From positions 310,001-374,000 of the forward strand of contig JAVKOQ020000016.1 in NCBI GenBank assembly GCA_031835245.2: a stretch of 64,000 nucleotides of DNA. The letters run 5' to 3'. Below the pieces are notes generated by a model, which did no database searches, was not told the DNA's origin, and was given only the letters and a program-made list of their open reading frames with translations. Positions 1 to 12,727 of the stretch are shown here, piece after piece (position 1 is the stretch's first letter; each line of letters opens with the position of its first letter). The position numbers and the translations under genes were made by a program. This stretch comes from Balamuthia mandrillaris. Lineage: Eukaryota.

Positions 1-472
1 ACACGACGCAGCTGTCCGACTTTTTTCTGCGTCGCTCCTCTCCAAACAGCTTTGTCGAAGAGGACGAGGAGGACTGCAGGTTCGAAGCAGAACGGAACAG
101 CGGAGAGGAGACAGACGGGAGCAAATTGGAGCTATAGTAAAGGTCCGTCTTCCAAATCTCCTGCTGCAAGGGAGAAACCATGGTAGAGTGGCGAGGGCTG
201 TAAGGAGAGTTGGTTTCATTTAGGTGAAGAATGTCGTCCGCTTCTTGTTGGTGACGTTGTTCGGCTTGCTCGGTCAAAGCAAGAATGTCTGCAGAGGAGC
301 AACTGGGAGAGAGAGAAGGAGAAGGGTTTGTGCTGGAGCGAAGACGGCTGACTCTTTCCGGCTCCTTTTCTTTGAGGCGGGGAGAGCCTATTCTCTCCTC
401 GAAGAAGGCCTCCCAGGCTTCCTCTTCCTCAAAGGTGGCGGTAGATGGAATGACACTCGGTTCCACTGCCAT
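1..472 (-). CDS. 5' part of a hypothetical Ser/Glu-rich protein running off the window edge
   Basis: ATG at 472 opens MAVEPSVIPSTATFEEEEAWEAFFEERIGSPRLKEKEPER..., with no stop before position 1. Confidence 0.55.
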   Translation of the reverse strand, partial: MAVEPSVIPSTATFEEEEAWEAFFEERIGSPRLKEKEPERVSRLRSSTNPSPSLSPSCSSADILALTEQAEQRHQQEADDILHLNETNSPYSPRHSTMVSPLQQEIWKTDLYYSSNLLPSVSSPLFRSASNLQSSSSSSTKLFGEERRRKKSDSCVV

Positions 473-883
473 GACTATAGTGCGCGTAGCTGAGAGATAG
501 AATGTTGTGGTGTGTTTGTGTGTTTCTTGGGTACTTAAAATTTTAACAAAAAAAGACCGAAGTCTCCTGTAGGTAAGGCGCGGTGGTGGTGCCGAAAGGA
601 AGGTGGGTTGTGTGGCGCAGCTTTTCGTGCTATTGTTTTTTCGCTTCCTTTACTTTTCTCATGTTTTTTCCAGTCTCCCTTTATTTTTTCGTCGAAGGCT
701 TTTTAAAGCATTACCAGGTGAGGGGCACAGGGAAATTTAGGAACCAATCGGAAGAATAGTAATTAATTTATTAAATTAATTTTATTTTAATAAAGGTTCA
801 AATAGCCTAATTCTTATCTACCGAACCAATCGCTTTGATTTGTATTTAATTTTGACCATTCTTGTGGTGAACAAAAAGATATT

Positions 884-1925
884 TTACATCTCACATGTTA
901 CCCATTCATCACTGCCACCGCCACTACCACGCGAAGGGGCAGCATGGCCAAATGCAGCTGGGTGGAGAGAAGAAGGAGCAAGGGACAAATAGGAGCCAGA
1001 AAAGGACGCCAGCTCCTTGGTGCACTTCACCCTCGTGATTTGCTCCGACGAGAAGCCAAGATCCCTTCAAAGACTTGATGTAGGCCACCTCCGTCTCATT
1101 CTCTATCGTTCTCTGTTCTGCCTTGGCTCTGGCCCGCATTTTATCCAGCTCCAGCTGCGCAATCACCTTCTCCTCCTCCAACTTGGCTTCCTTGTGCTGC
1201 TGCTCCTGCTGCTGCGCCAACCGCTCCAGCGTGGTGGCGTGCGTGTCCTGCTGGGTCTGCCGCAGCATCCGCTGTCGCTGCTTCTCGGCAAAGACCTCCT
1301 CGTTGCTCCTCATGACGTGCTCGGCGAGGCGGAGGGTCTGGATGAGGAAATCGGTACACGTCACTCCCCTCGCTGACGTCCTCTCATTGATCTGATCTAT
1401 GATCATATTGGACAACTTCCCCTCAGGCATGGCCAGCAGCTTCTCCGCGGGATGGGCGGCGCAGACGTCACGGCTGGCCTGCGCCACGCAAGCCCCCAGG
1501 TAGTCCAGCAGGTCGTGGCACTGGTAGACCGCCGCGTGGGGGTCGGTGATTTGGTAGAGCATGGTGCCGTTGATGGTGGCGTCCAGGCGGTCCCTGGTGG
1601 TGCAGCTCGTGGCAGGGGGGTCCAGGGAGACGTTCTTCACGGGGATGAGGTAGTGCTCGTAGGTCTTGAGCCCGGTTTGGCCGCGGCCCTCCTTGGACTC
1701 CTCTTTGTAGGTCCAGCGCACCCGCTTGGTGGTGAAAATGGGCCAGAGGACCAGGTGGACGCCGCTCGTGAGGACAGAATGGAACTGGCCGAACCTTTCG
1801 ACCACGACCACGTAGTTGGCCGGGACCTGGAAGATGCTGAAACAGAAAAACACTACCAGGACAAACACCACGGTGATGAGCGTGGCCGTGGTCTCCGACA
1901 CATCTAGCGTAAGCTCTGCAGGCAT
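884..1925 (-). CDS. SPFH/Band 7 (stomatin/prohibitin-like) membrane protein with a probable +1 frameshift near 1064
   Basis: N-terminal TM helix, VPANYVVVVERFGQF..L.SG.HL motif, T.D...TING...YQITDP..A.Y core and a coiled-coil tail. Intronless. The ORF-track stop is 924; the corrected frame stops at 884. Confidence 0.85.
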
Positions 1926-2120
1926 AGTGGTTGTTGCTGCTGTTGCTGCTTTTGTTGGTGGTTTCTTAAATCGTTACCACCGACTCAGCTGCTGCACCAA
2001 TTGCCCTGTCCCGCTCTGCCACGTCGAAGGGGGCAGTGACGTCGTTGGTCACCTGGATGATGACCTCAAATGTTTCCAAGAAGAAGGAGAGAAATCGAAA
2101 AAAAAGTATTATTACGATCA

Positions 2121-3038
2121 TTACGTGGGAGAAGAACCGGGCAATGAAGAACAGGAGGAGGACGAGGGTGAAGAAGAGTCATGGAAGAGCGTGTGAACAG
2201 TCGGCCCACGAAGGAGACTTCCAGAGATGCTACTGATCCATGACTTCATGCTCCACTCGTCATCTGCGTACATGAAGTAGGTACGTTTCTTGGAGCCTAC
2301 ATACAGAGATAAACAATATTTCTTGCCGCAGTAGCCTGGTGCTTCTTTCACGATCGAGCCCGCGGTTAATGGAAGCGTTGCTAATGGTTTGGTATCCTAT
2401 GATGAAATTTTGAGAAGAGAAAATGGAGATGAGAAAAAATGTGCATGAATGAGAGAGGAGAGGATATAACATACGAGATGATTTGCAAAGTATTCAAGAG
2501 TGCAATCTTTCTTCAGTACAAACCACTGAAACAGAAAAGTACACGGTGAGAAAGAGATATGGCGAGGAAAGAGAACTATAAGGGCACTTACCCGCCGTTT
2601 CCATGACCGCAGCTTCTTGCCTTCTTTCATGAGGAAACCTTCCTTCAGCGCTATACTCTGTTTCACTTTGTCCATTTCCCTCTGCAAAATCAACAAAAAA
2701 ACTATCATTCAGAAGTTATGTTCAAAATAGGTTTTGAGTAAAAAACGCACCACTAAAAGTTCAACATAACCACTCAGTGTACCAACAGCCAATCCTGCAA
2801 CCGCGAGTCAGCAAGGTATGGGAGAGGGTGAGGGAAAGGCGAGAGATAGGTTGCCAAACCTCCTTCTGTCAAAGATACCGTGAAACAACAAGATGTTTCG
2901 CTGGAGCCAAGCAACGGAATGACGCCTTGACCGATGCGCTTGGCAGAGTCTCCACTTCCTCTGTCATAAACTATTACACCAATGTATTGTTTTTCCTTGT
3001 TGCGTGTTTTTTTGTACACTATTTTGAGTTCAAACTGT

Positions 3039-3077
<39 letters not shown>

Positions 3078-4632
3078 CAGCCACTCTTTGTTTACAGTGA
3101 AGCTGTCTATAATGTGTTCGTTCCATGTTGCTGTGTTGGTCTGTATAAAATTATTGTGAGAATTTTTGCAACCCCAAAACAAAAAAATGGAGTAACAAGA
3201 TAGCAAACGTTGTGTATGATGGGAGTAGGCCAATGCCCATCTATAAAGTCAGCATGAAAGGTAAGATAGGGATTAGGAAAGCGGGCATTCGTCTTGACCA
3301 CAGAACCAGGTTGCTCCTCCACCGAATTGAGATGGAGCTTTACGTCTACAAGCTTGACTTGACATCCAAGAAGAGGAGATGCAGTAGAAGAAGAGGGAGA
3401 CGAAGATAATGACTGTGAAGAAGGAAGAGAAGCAAAGGAAGAAGAAGTAGAGACAGTGGAGGAGAGGGAGCGAGGAGAAGGAAGAGTGGTCAAAGAAGAA
3501 GATGGAGAAAAGGAATGCCCTTGAGCTCTTTCTGCAGTTGTTGCTGATGCTGTTGTGAAAGAATTAGATCGCGGTGAAGAGAGCAGCGTCATTTCTTTGT
3601 CGTATGGATTGGGGAATCTGGTAGAGATTGTGTAGGTGCCGTAGAGAGGAGAGTGGTCGCTGGACATGATGGAGTCGCAACAATTGTATTCGTGGCATTC
3701 CACCTCGAAGTACGGTTGCTTTTTGTACAGGATTCGATCGCAATAGGACGGCATTCTCATTTTCTGTTCGATGATCGAGGTAAAACGCGAAAGGCAAATG
3801 GGGTGAGAGAGAGAGAGAGAGAGAGATAAAGGAGAAGAAAAGACGAACTTCTTCAGAATAAGTACGATTGCCTCGATTGTAGCGATAAGTGGGCGGGAAG
3901 TTGATGGGGGGCTCGTAGAAACCAGCAAAACAACGGCCTTGTCCTCTTTCCTTTGCCAGTTGATCATACTTCATAAGGGTCTTATAGTCTTTAGCCTCAA
4001 TTAAAGCCAAGACCTCTTCTCTCCTGTTTCATTTTATAAAACAATATTAATAAATTTTGAAAAACATAAACATTTTAATCTAGAGAGTGAACGTACTTTA
4101 AGCCTTGAAGCCTGTAATTGAGATCGCCAATCCAAAAGATGGCATTGAAGCCATTTGTGATGTCGAAAGCGTTGCGAGCGAGATGGAGTCCTTTTATAAT
4201 GGCCGTGTAATTAGCGTTACGAGTAAGCACTCTTTCATCACGCGCTGCCAAGTGAGACCTACAAATTGTTTGGATGATTTAGGATGCCTGGTTTGGAAAA
4301 GCAGAAAAGAAAAAAAAGAAACAAGGGACGAACCCAACAAAGCAAAGTTTAGACTCGTTGAATTGAAAAGCGATACCAACGGCTCCTTTGTTTCCGATGA
4401 CATTACCGATTCCAGTTGCTTCTGTTCCTGTCTATCATAAGCGAAAGAGTAAATAAAGCAGAAAAAAAAAGAGAATGACGAAAAAAAAACTGGTGGTACT
4501 TTGATGCAAGAGATCTTGTAATAGTGTACACGTCGAACTAGGACTGTAAGCCGCATGGCCATAAGTGATTGAGAAGCTGCAAGGAGATATAATAGTAAAT
4601 AAGTACAGAGAGCGAGAGCAAAGAAAAGCGTA

Positions 4633-4666
<34 letters not shown>

Positions 4667-6385
4667 GAGAAGATGAGAGAAACCCTACCGACAGTGACAT
4701 AGTCTTCTCCCAAGTGTTGTTGAAGGGTATGGAACCAATCAGCTTCGCAGTTTGAATGAGCTGAATGGTTAAGATTGTATTCACATTCCTTTTTGTTTTG
4801 TTTTTTGTTAGAATTTGTGTTTTAAACAATAAATGGTTTTTCTAACACACGAAGAGAGCGCGCGTGATACCTGAGCTGCAATAACATATAGATCGTAGGC
4901 ATCCGGCTTGATCCAGGCGGACAAACTTTGGGGTGGCGGTGCATTGCCTAATAATGAAACACAAGTTGCAATTAGCATAAACACAAACCAAATAGTGTTA
5001 AGAACAAGGTGAGTTACCGAGATTCCAAGTGCCAACGAATAGAGTTATTTCGCCTTTATCTACAACCTTTACCACATAGAAAAACAAAGGTCAGAATGGA
5101 GACGGAGAGAGAGAGAGAGGGGGGGAGGGGGGAGAGAGAGAGGGAGAGAGAGAGAGACGTGCCTCATCTTCATTTTTTCTAACATGCCAAGATACTGAAC
5201 CACATTCGCAAATATTTTTGTTGTTGTGAGCCAATATCAGAATATTCAAGCAATAACCAAACAAACCTTCATAAAAGCGTTCTCTATGTTCTTTTGACAA
5301 GAAAAGAAACCGCTCCAGCTTCTCTCGTCCTCTCCAACGCAATTTAACCTGTTTGGTGAGAAAACAACTCAGGCAAAGCAAACAAAAGACCAAATAAATA
5401 AAATCAAAACAAAGAAAGACTAGAAAACAAGCATAACGCAAAAATAACGAACCTTGTGATCGCTGACATGGGAGCGAGTTACTTGAAGCAAGTCCGATGC
5501 AGAGCGGCTAATTTTTTCTTGCTTGTTGGGCTTATGGAAGTGAATGAACTTGTTATGAAGATCAAATTCGACGACTTTCGGCACATGTCCTCGTTTGGTC
5601 AGCTTTCGGGCTTCGAATCGTACTGTGCCCTGCGTTCAAGTTCAGTCAGAAGAGAAGAGACCAAAACGGCATAGAGAAAGAGAAGGCAAAAAAACAATAG
5701 GAAAGAGAAAAGAAAAGAGAAAGTACGCTAGGGTAAGATTCTCTGCTTATCCAAGAACGCGAGTGCTCTCCCACTTTATCCATAATCTTTCTTTCCCAAT
5801 ATTCATCGGTGTCACTGTCCGTCTCATCGCTCTCCTCCCCATCATTATCTGCCACTTCACTCAACGAAGAAGTAGACGGTGATGATGTAGGAGAAGAAGG
5901 AGAAAAAGAGGAGGGAGGAGGAAAGTGGGCGGAAGGAGAAAAAGATCGCGGTGAAGAGAGCTCGGAGTCGCGTACTCTTGGAGAAGAACCTCCTCTTCTA
6001 TGCGGACTTATCGTTTTGGTAACGTTGTTAGTATTGTTGTTATCAGTGATGGTGTCGTTATTGGTTTGGTTAGGGGCATAACTGGCTCGTCTTCTGGAAG
6101 AATTCTCCCCGCCTATTATTATGTCAGAAGCACTTTTTTTGGCACGTGCCCACGAAGCAGCAGATGGAGCTGCTGGAACGTAAGAATCGCCTGTGTCGGC
6201 GCTCTTGGATAACTTGGTTGGCGGAGCAGAAAAGAACGGAGAAGAGGATGTTTGTTTGAGAGGAGGTAGTTTTGGAGATTGTGAAGTGGAAGAAGGGTTT
6301 TCGTTGGGGGTTGTTTTGAAGGATTCGATCGATGTAGAGCTGCGGGTTGTTTTTTGTCTACTAGCTTCTATTTCTTTCTGGTTAT

Positions 6386-6434
<49 letters not shown>

Positions 6435-6438
6435 AGGG

Positions 6439-6479
<41 letters not shown>

Positions 6480-7536
6480 GAAAAAATGAGTGGAGCGTAA
6501 TGGGAAAAATGAGAGAAGAAAGGATCTTTTACATCGACACTGCTCGTCATGTTCTGCAATTTCTCTTCTATCTCTTCAAACTTTTCGTGACCCTTTTGGA
6601 AGAAGCTTTTGAGAGCTTTCATTGTGTCTCGCATCCCACAGAGAGTAGAACAGCGTGCCTTTGCCATAGTGCTGTCGAGATCTTGAGTGACTTTACCTCC
6701 AGCTACCTCTATTTCGGTCAGCACTGCGTCTCGTGCTCGTTCAGCCTATATAGCGTCGATTAACAAGATTAAAACCTGTTCAAAGAAAGAAGATAGAGCG
6801 GAAGGGCGAGGGGGAGAGTGAAGAGAAAAAGTAAGAAACGACAAGAAAGAAACCTCCAGTAGCTTGTCCATATTCACACCGCCTTTAAGCGCTCTTATTT
6901 TTTGAATCTGTCAACATTGCCAAATGAGTTGCAACGAAACGAGAGGAGGGGGGTGAGAGAGAGAGAGAGATACGTTTTGTTGCGCATTTGTGAGTTTTTT
7001 CTTTAATGGGACCACTTCAGTAGTATACATTCTCTGTAACATAGATTTAAAAAAAAAACAAAAGAGGGCTACTAAGTAACTAGCGATAATGGAAGACCGA
7101 GAAAAGACAAAAGTAAAATAACCTTCATATCATTCATAGATTCCTCGGAAAGGCTCAATGAGAATCGCAAGTCTGATAGAACAGAGTTCTGTGGGGAAAT
7201 AAATAAACCATTAAGAGCAAGAGAAGAAGAAGAGAAGAAGAAGATGAAGAAGAACAAGAAGAAGAAGAACAAGAAGAACAAGAACAAGAACAAGAACAAG
7301 AACAAGAACAAGAATGAAGAGAGTGATACCATTTTCGAATTAAGTTCTCCCATGAAGGTGTTGACGTTGGCAAACTCTCCCAACCATTCAGCTGTGAATG
7401 GACAAAGAAGAAGAAGATTAAGTTACTGAAGACGTGACACAAGGAGAAACGCAGAGAAGAAAGAAGCAAAGAGAAGAGAGAAGAGAGAAGAGCAAAGAGA
7501 GAAGCTGACAACAAAACAGAGAAAGAGGAGAGAGAA

Positions 7537-7578
<42 letters not shown>

Positions 7579-7898
7579 GCCAAACCTAGTATAGGCTCTT
7601 GATAACGCAGTTTGAGGCTGCTCTTGTCAAAGGCCGAAGAGAGCATCCTCGTCTTGTCCAAATGGTGCTGCAAGCTCTCGTTGGCCTTGCGCAGCGGCGA
7701 GAGGACGCGCGTGTACAGCCGAAGAAACCTTTCTACACCCTGTTTTTTGTGTTTAGTCTAGTCTTGTTCGCTAGCGAGGGAACAGAAAGCGAAAAGGTCA
7801 GGAGAAGAACAGCAAAAAAAAGTTACCCTGAGTTGATCTTCCAGCTGTAATAGCAACGCATTGGTTTCATCCTTGTTCGTGCCCGTCGAGCTTGTCAT
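2121..7898 (-). CDS. Multi-exon inositol polyphosphate 5-phosphatase: N-terminal BAR-like helical domain, Ser/Pro linker, IPPc catalytic domain, C2-like domain, C-terminal PH domain
   Basis: IPPc motifs FWIGDLNYRL (about 4105-4140), FPPTYRY and PSYCDRIL. PH exons KEGFLMKEGKKLRSWKRR|WFVLKK...MKSWISSI. Start MTSSTGTNKDE at 7898. GT-AG introns link the C2-like exons (2760-2990) to the PH exons. Confidence 0.85.
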
Positions 7899-8294
7899 TC
7901 CTAGGAATGGCCACGGTCGGTCTCTCTCCAGCACGTTTGTTCGGTTTTAATCAGAGGAAAGGGATTTGTAGTTTCCGAACAAAAAACAAAATATGGGGGG
8001 AAAAAGCAAACACGCGAGAGAGTCCACCACCCCACTTCCAGACAAGGCCTTCTCTTCTCTCTTTATCTTTTTCTCTTCTTCGTTAATCTTGCAATTGCAT
8101 ATGAGAAAATTGTGGGAAACAATAGGGCAATAAAGATCATATGAAAGTGTCTGCTGTGAGAGGGTGGAATGGGAGGACAAAAACCTTTCCGTCTGAGAGG
8201 GAAAAGCGTTCATTACGTCGACACCAATAACGTTCAATGTCGACGTGAGAAAGTTTTCGTGACGACATGAAGAAAGCGTGCAATAAATAATGGG

Positions 8295-8850
8295 TTGAAA
8301 AAACGACGAAGATCAGATTCTGCTTTGGAACCATCAGCTGCACAACCTCTGGCTCCAGGAGCAAAGGATGATGATGGTCCTTGCCTGCTGAGCAAGAAAG
8401 AAGTGGCACAACTGTTCGGTGAAGACACGTCTCGCTATGAGCGAGCGCGAGAGATCTGCACGGGGTGGCGCTCCCTGAAAGATCCCGTGGTGGAGGGCAA
8501 TACCCTCCGCGCCAAAGTCCCAGGCGTACACCACTCCTACTACCGATTGGGGCTATCCTTGCAAGCATGCCGAGTGGAGCAGCAGCCCAGAGAGTTTTAG
8601 CCGACGGGAGAGCCTGTCGACGTTGTTGCAGGGCAAGACCAAGAGGCAGATGCTGGACCTCCTCTTGAGCTGGCTGAGACGAACGAAAGGGTGCGTCAAC
8701 AGATGTATGCAGCTCTTGAGAGGAAGGATGAGGATGATAAGGACGAGGACGAGGACGAAGGCGATGATGATAGCGAAGAGGACGATGAGGAAGAGGAAGA
8801 TAGCGATGAAGACAGCAGCGAGGAGGACAGCAGTGATGACTATTGAGGTG
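8295..8850 (+). pseudogene. Decayed SWIM zinc-finger gene with an acidic tail
   Basis: Three frame segments: RYERAREIC...GNTLRAKVPGV..SYY, then DWGYPCKHAEW..PESF..LL.GKTKRQMLDLLL (from 8545), then ELAETNERVRQQ...DEDD (from 8667). The CxC half of the SWIM motif is missing and there is no clear ATG. Confidence 0.6.
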
Positions 8851-9297
8851 TGTCTTCTCCTTCTTCTCCCTGTGATATCTTCCCCTTCCAACTAATCAAC
8901 AACAGGCAAGAGGAAGGCTAACAGCACGCAGGGGCGGTGCTGCTAACCTGGAGCACCGCCTCTTGTTGTAGCGCCAGACCAACAGCTGTTGGTGGAGGCC
9001 TGGGTGGAACCGTTGACGAAGAGGATGAGGATGAGGATGAGGATGAAGATGAAGAAGATGGTGGTTGTTGAGGAGGAAGAAGAAAAGGAGGTGATGAAGT
9101 GTGGAAGAAGGGGAGTAGGACTGTGGAAGAGAAAGCCGCGGCTTTCCTTTGGGATTAGATATGTAAATAAAAGAAGGAAAGATAGTCTTTTCTTTTTGGC
9201 GTTGAAACATTAACTGTGTATAAATGCATGTATAAAAACAACAAAATGAAAGGAACAAAGGGACAGGACTGGTGCTGTTTTTTGTAAAATAAAAACC

Positions 9298-9608
9298 TTA
9301 AACAGGAGTGCCACAGCCAGTACAGAAACGAGCGCCGGCCATCAATTCCTTGCCGCAGCCTCTGCAGCCTGCTGGCTTTGGAGCGGCCACTGGAGTGCCG
9401 CAGCCGCTGCAAAACTTGGCCATTGGCACTATACTGGTTCCACACTTGGAAGAACAGTAAGATAGCCGTTTGGATCGAGAACAGAAAACGAAGGAAGCGA
9501 AAAGAGAAACGAGAAAAGCGAAAAGAAGAAATAAATGAAAAGCAAAGAGCATAACAAGAGAACAAGAAGAAAGCAAAGAAAGATAAATAAAAGAAATGAA
9601 ACGAAGGC

Positions 9609-9643
<35 letters not shown>

Positions 9644-11154
9644 GCTACCTGAGTACAAAACTTAGCAGTTCCACCAGCTGCAGAAGCAGGTGCTGAAGGA
9701 GTAGGGTCACGGACATCTACAGGACCAATGCCCATCCTTCCTGACTCAGCACAACCCTTGCAATAGGCGTGAGTACGGCCAGGAGCTGGAATGAAGCCAT
9801 TCTCACGAGCTAGCTCCTTGTGGCAGCTGGTGCACCTGAAACAGCTCTCATGGAAGAGCTTGTCGAGGGCTTGAATATAATGCCCATATCCTATATTCTT
9901 GTTGCAACCAGCACAGATGAGGTCGCTGCTGGAAGTAGAGGATGTAGGAGAAGGCGGAGCGGGAGGTGAAGAGAAGGAGGATGAAGACGGAGAAGAAGTT
10001 GAGGGAGAGTAAGCGCGAGCGGATGAAGGAGGAGAGGTTCTTGTGGAAGAAGAAGATGAAGAGAAGGAAGAAGTGGAAGTGTAGCTAGCAGGAGAGGAAC
10101 GAGGCGAAGCGGCAGGAGCGGGAGCAGGAGCTGGAACAGCAGCAGCAGCAGGAGTAGCTCTGGGAGACGCAGCAGAGTAAGAAGGGGTTGGCGTTCTAGG
10201 AGAAGGAGTGGTTGTTGTCTTAGGAGAGGTGGTGACGGCAGAAGATGAAGAAGAGAATGACGAAGGTGTAGAAGGAGAAGTAGGTGTGGCACGAGGAGAA
10301 GAGGTAGAAATAGAAGAGGAAGTTGTGGTAGCGGTGGAAGAGGAAGAGGATCTGCCACTGAAGCCAGGAGCAGTTCCTGACGAGGAAGGAGGCTTGTAGG
10401 AAGAACTGCTGGTGGTGGTAGTGGTGGTAGTGGTAGTCTTGTTGAATGAAGGGGAAGCGCTGACTGTTGGTGTGCTGCTCGGGACCAGTGGTTTTGGTGC
10501 AGCAGTAACAGGGGAAGGAGCGGCAACGGTGGACTTTGGGGCAGCAGCTCCAGCACCAAATGTCTTTTTGGCTGCTGGGCTTGAAGCTGCCGCAGGAGCT
10601 GGAGTGCCTGGTCGGACGCCTGCACCACCTCCCCTGGCTCCTCCACCAGGACGAGCACCAGTGCTTTTTAACTTGGGCATTCCTCCAGCAAATGGGTTGA
10701 AGCCTGCCAACGGTTGAGCACCTCCTCCTCCACCTCCACCTCCTCCTCCTCCCATCGCCATGGCACCACCGCTTGGTTCTATTCAAACAACAAGAAAGAC
10801 ATTAGGTTCAGGAAAAAAAAAACAAGTAAATGCAAAGAAAGATACAAAGAGATAACGAAGCAACGACAGAAAAAAAAAACTCGCACAAAAATCAAAAACG
10901 TACACACGCAATTCTAACGACAAAAAAAAAACATAAACATAGAATGGCAAGCACTGGAAAAAAAACGTACTGGGTGCAGTGGTCATCGGCTTGCTACAAT
11001 CTTTGGTGACCGTCTTTTTGAGCCCGCCCTTGTTGAAGCCATTGATGGAAGAGAGCAGGGCGCCGCGAGCGGGGGAGGCAGCGGTTGCAGGCAGGCCTGT
11101 CACGGGTGGTGGTGGGGGAGGGGCTCCCGGTGGTGGCGGCGGCGGTGCACTCAT
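9298..11154 (-). CDS. Verprolin/WIP-like actin regulator: WH2, Pro/Ser-rich region, LIM domain, double zinc ribbon
   Basis: Poly-Pro N-terminus, RGALLSSI..FNKGGLKKTVTKD (WH2), FAGGMPKLK, LIM CAGC..H..CFRC..C...YC..C, and two CxxCG..KFC.gCG repeats. Three exons. Confidence 0.85.
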
Positions 11155-11387
11155 TGCGGTCAGATTACTTTTTTTTAGTTGAGCAGTGCTACTCGATTAC
11201 TACACTTTCTTTGCCGTTACTTTTTTTTTGTGACAACCAAAAATAATCCATTTTTTTTTTTGGGTTTATTAATTTATGTGGACACATGTGTTTGATATTT
11301 GATTGGCCAAAGTCTGGTTTGTTCCTCTCTCTTCTCTCTCTCTCTCTCTCTCTCTCTTTCCATTGGTGTGCTGTTGCGTAGTGGTGA

Positions 11388-11519
11388 ACCCGTCGTCTGT
11401 TGAGGTTCACCGTAGAGACTGCTAACCACGGCAAAGGAACTTTGGTGCTAGGAGGCCCTGCTGAGCAACCCTTGTTCTTCTTTTGGTCTTGCCATGGCCA
11501 TTTCCACTTTGAGTTCGTT

Positions 11520-11555
<36 letters not shown>

Positions 11556-11943
11556 TCTCTCTCTCTCTCTCTCTTCTCTCTTCGGCTTTCTTGTCTCGTC
11601 TTGTTGCAACTAACAACACACCAACCATAGGGGGGCTACACTCACTATTTGTTGGAGGACGAAGCTCCTTACCGCAACGTGAAGGAACGCGGAAGGAAGC
11701 AAGGCTACTCGTGTACGACGGCTACCGTCGTCTGAGCAACCCCAGCTTGCCTTGCTCGACATGTCCTGCGCCAGCCAAGGCATTCAACCCGGATGGGTGG
11801 ACAACTTGGACTGCCAGTGGTTGGACATCACCGACGTGGAGCCTGGGGTTACTACTGGTAACCTACCTTATTCGGCCGGACGAGAACGAGATAGAAGGAG
11901 AGCGAGAAGGGTGAGCGTGGCGTTTCTCCGGCAAATGAAATAG
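11388..11943 (+). pseudogene. Lysyl oxidase (LOX) catalytic-domain remnant
   Basis: RRLLRFTVETANHG..WSCHGHFHFE (Cu-binding His motif), intron 11513-11630, then GYTHYLL..GRKQGY and QGIQPGWVD-NLDCQWLDITDVEPG in shifting frames. In-frame TGA at 11385. Confidence 0.7.
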
Positions 11944-12727
11944 GTATCGTAATGGAAGCAGTATACTCAAAGCGCACTTATCAAAACACATGAAGTGAAG
12001 GAGAAGCCTTGTAAAGAATTGTGAAAAGTAAGTTTTTTTTTTACTCCTTTTCTTCCCATTTGGTTAACAATGTTTCTTTTCTTGTTAGAAGCTTTGTGAA
12101 ATGGCACCAAAAGCGGAACTGCTTTACAGGAGAGCAACTGGTTGTTTGCTATGAGGACCTCATGCAACAGCTGATTATAGACAACGTTACACTGAATGCA
12201 CTCTTTGCCACATACTCGACTTCCTGGACTACAGCTACACTGTAGAAGATATCCAAAGAGCTGTTCAACTCTATCCTCCATCTCACTCTACAGCTAGAAA
12301 CTTTTAGCCCTGTTGGCTTGGAGCAGAAACCTGGCTGGGACATTCCTCTCGAGTTCTTGCATCTAGTTTTCCTTCTCCATGTCTTTTCAAGCACCAAACA
12401 GATTACAAACTGTTCGTATCAAAAGTGCTAATGCTGTTGCCTTTCAAAAGGACTGGCTTTTACACTAAAACAAAGTTCTTTGACACAAAGAGTTTACTGA
12501 CACTTGCTGAATTTTTTTATGAAAAAAGCTTTATTGAAGGTGAAAGAGTGGCAGAGCCTGACCATCTTGTACAAAGTACAAAGCTACACTCTGTGGTCTA
12601 GCCTCCTACTTTTGATGCCACCAGCATCTACAACAAAGACACATAGTCTGAGTGTGAATGTGTTTTATTGGGAAGCAGTAAGCAATAGACAAGGAGAGGA
12701 ATGTTGGTAAAATCACCAACACTTATC

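Noticed and set aside
741..832. Two AACCAATCG (CCAAT-box) copies flanking an AT-rich tract
   Set aside because: Plausible promoter elements for the gene starting at 472, but too short and common to support.
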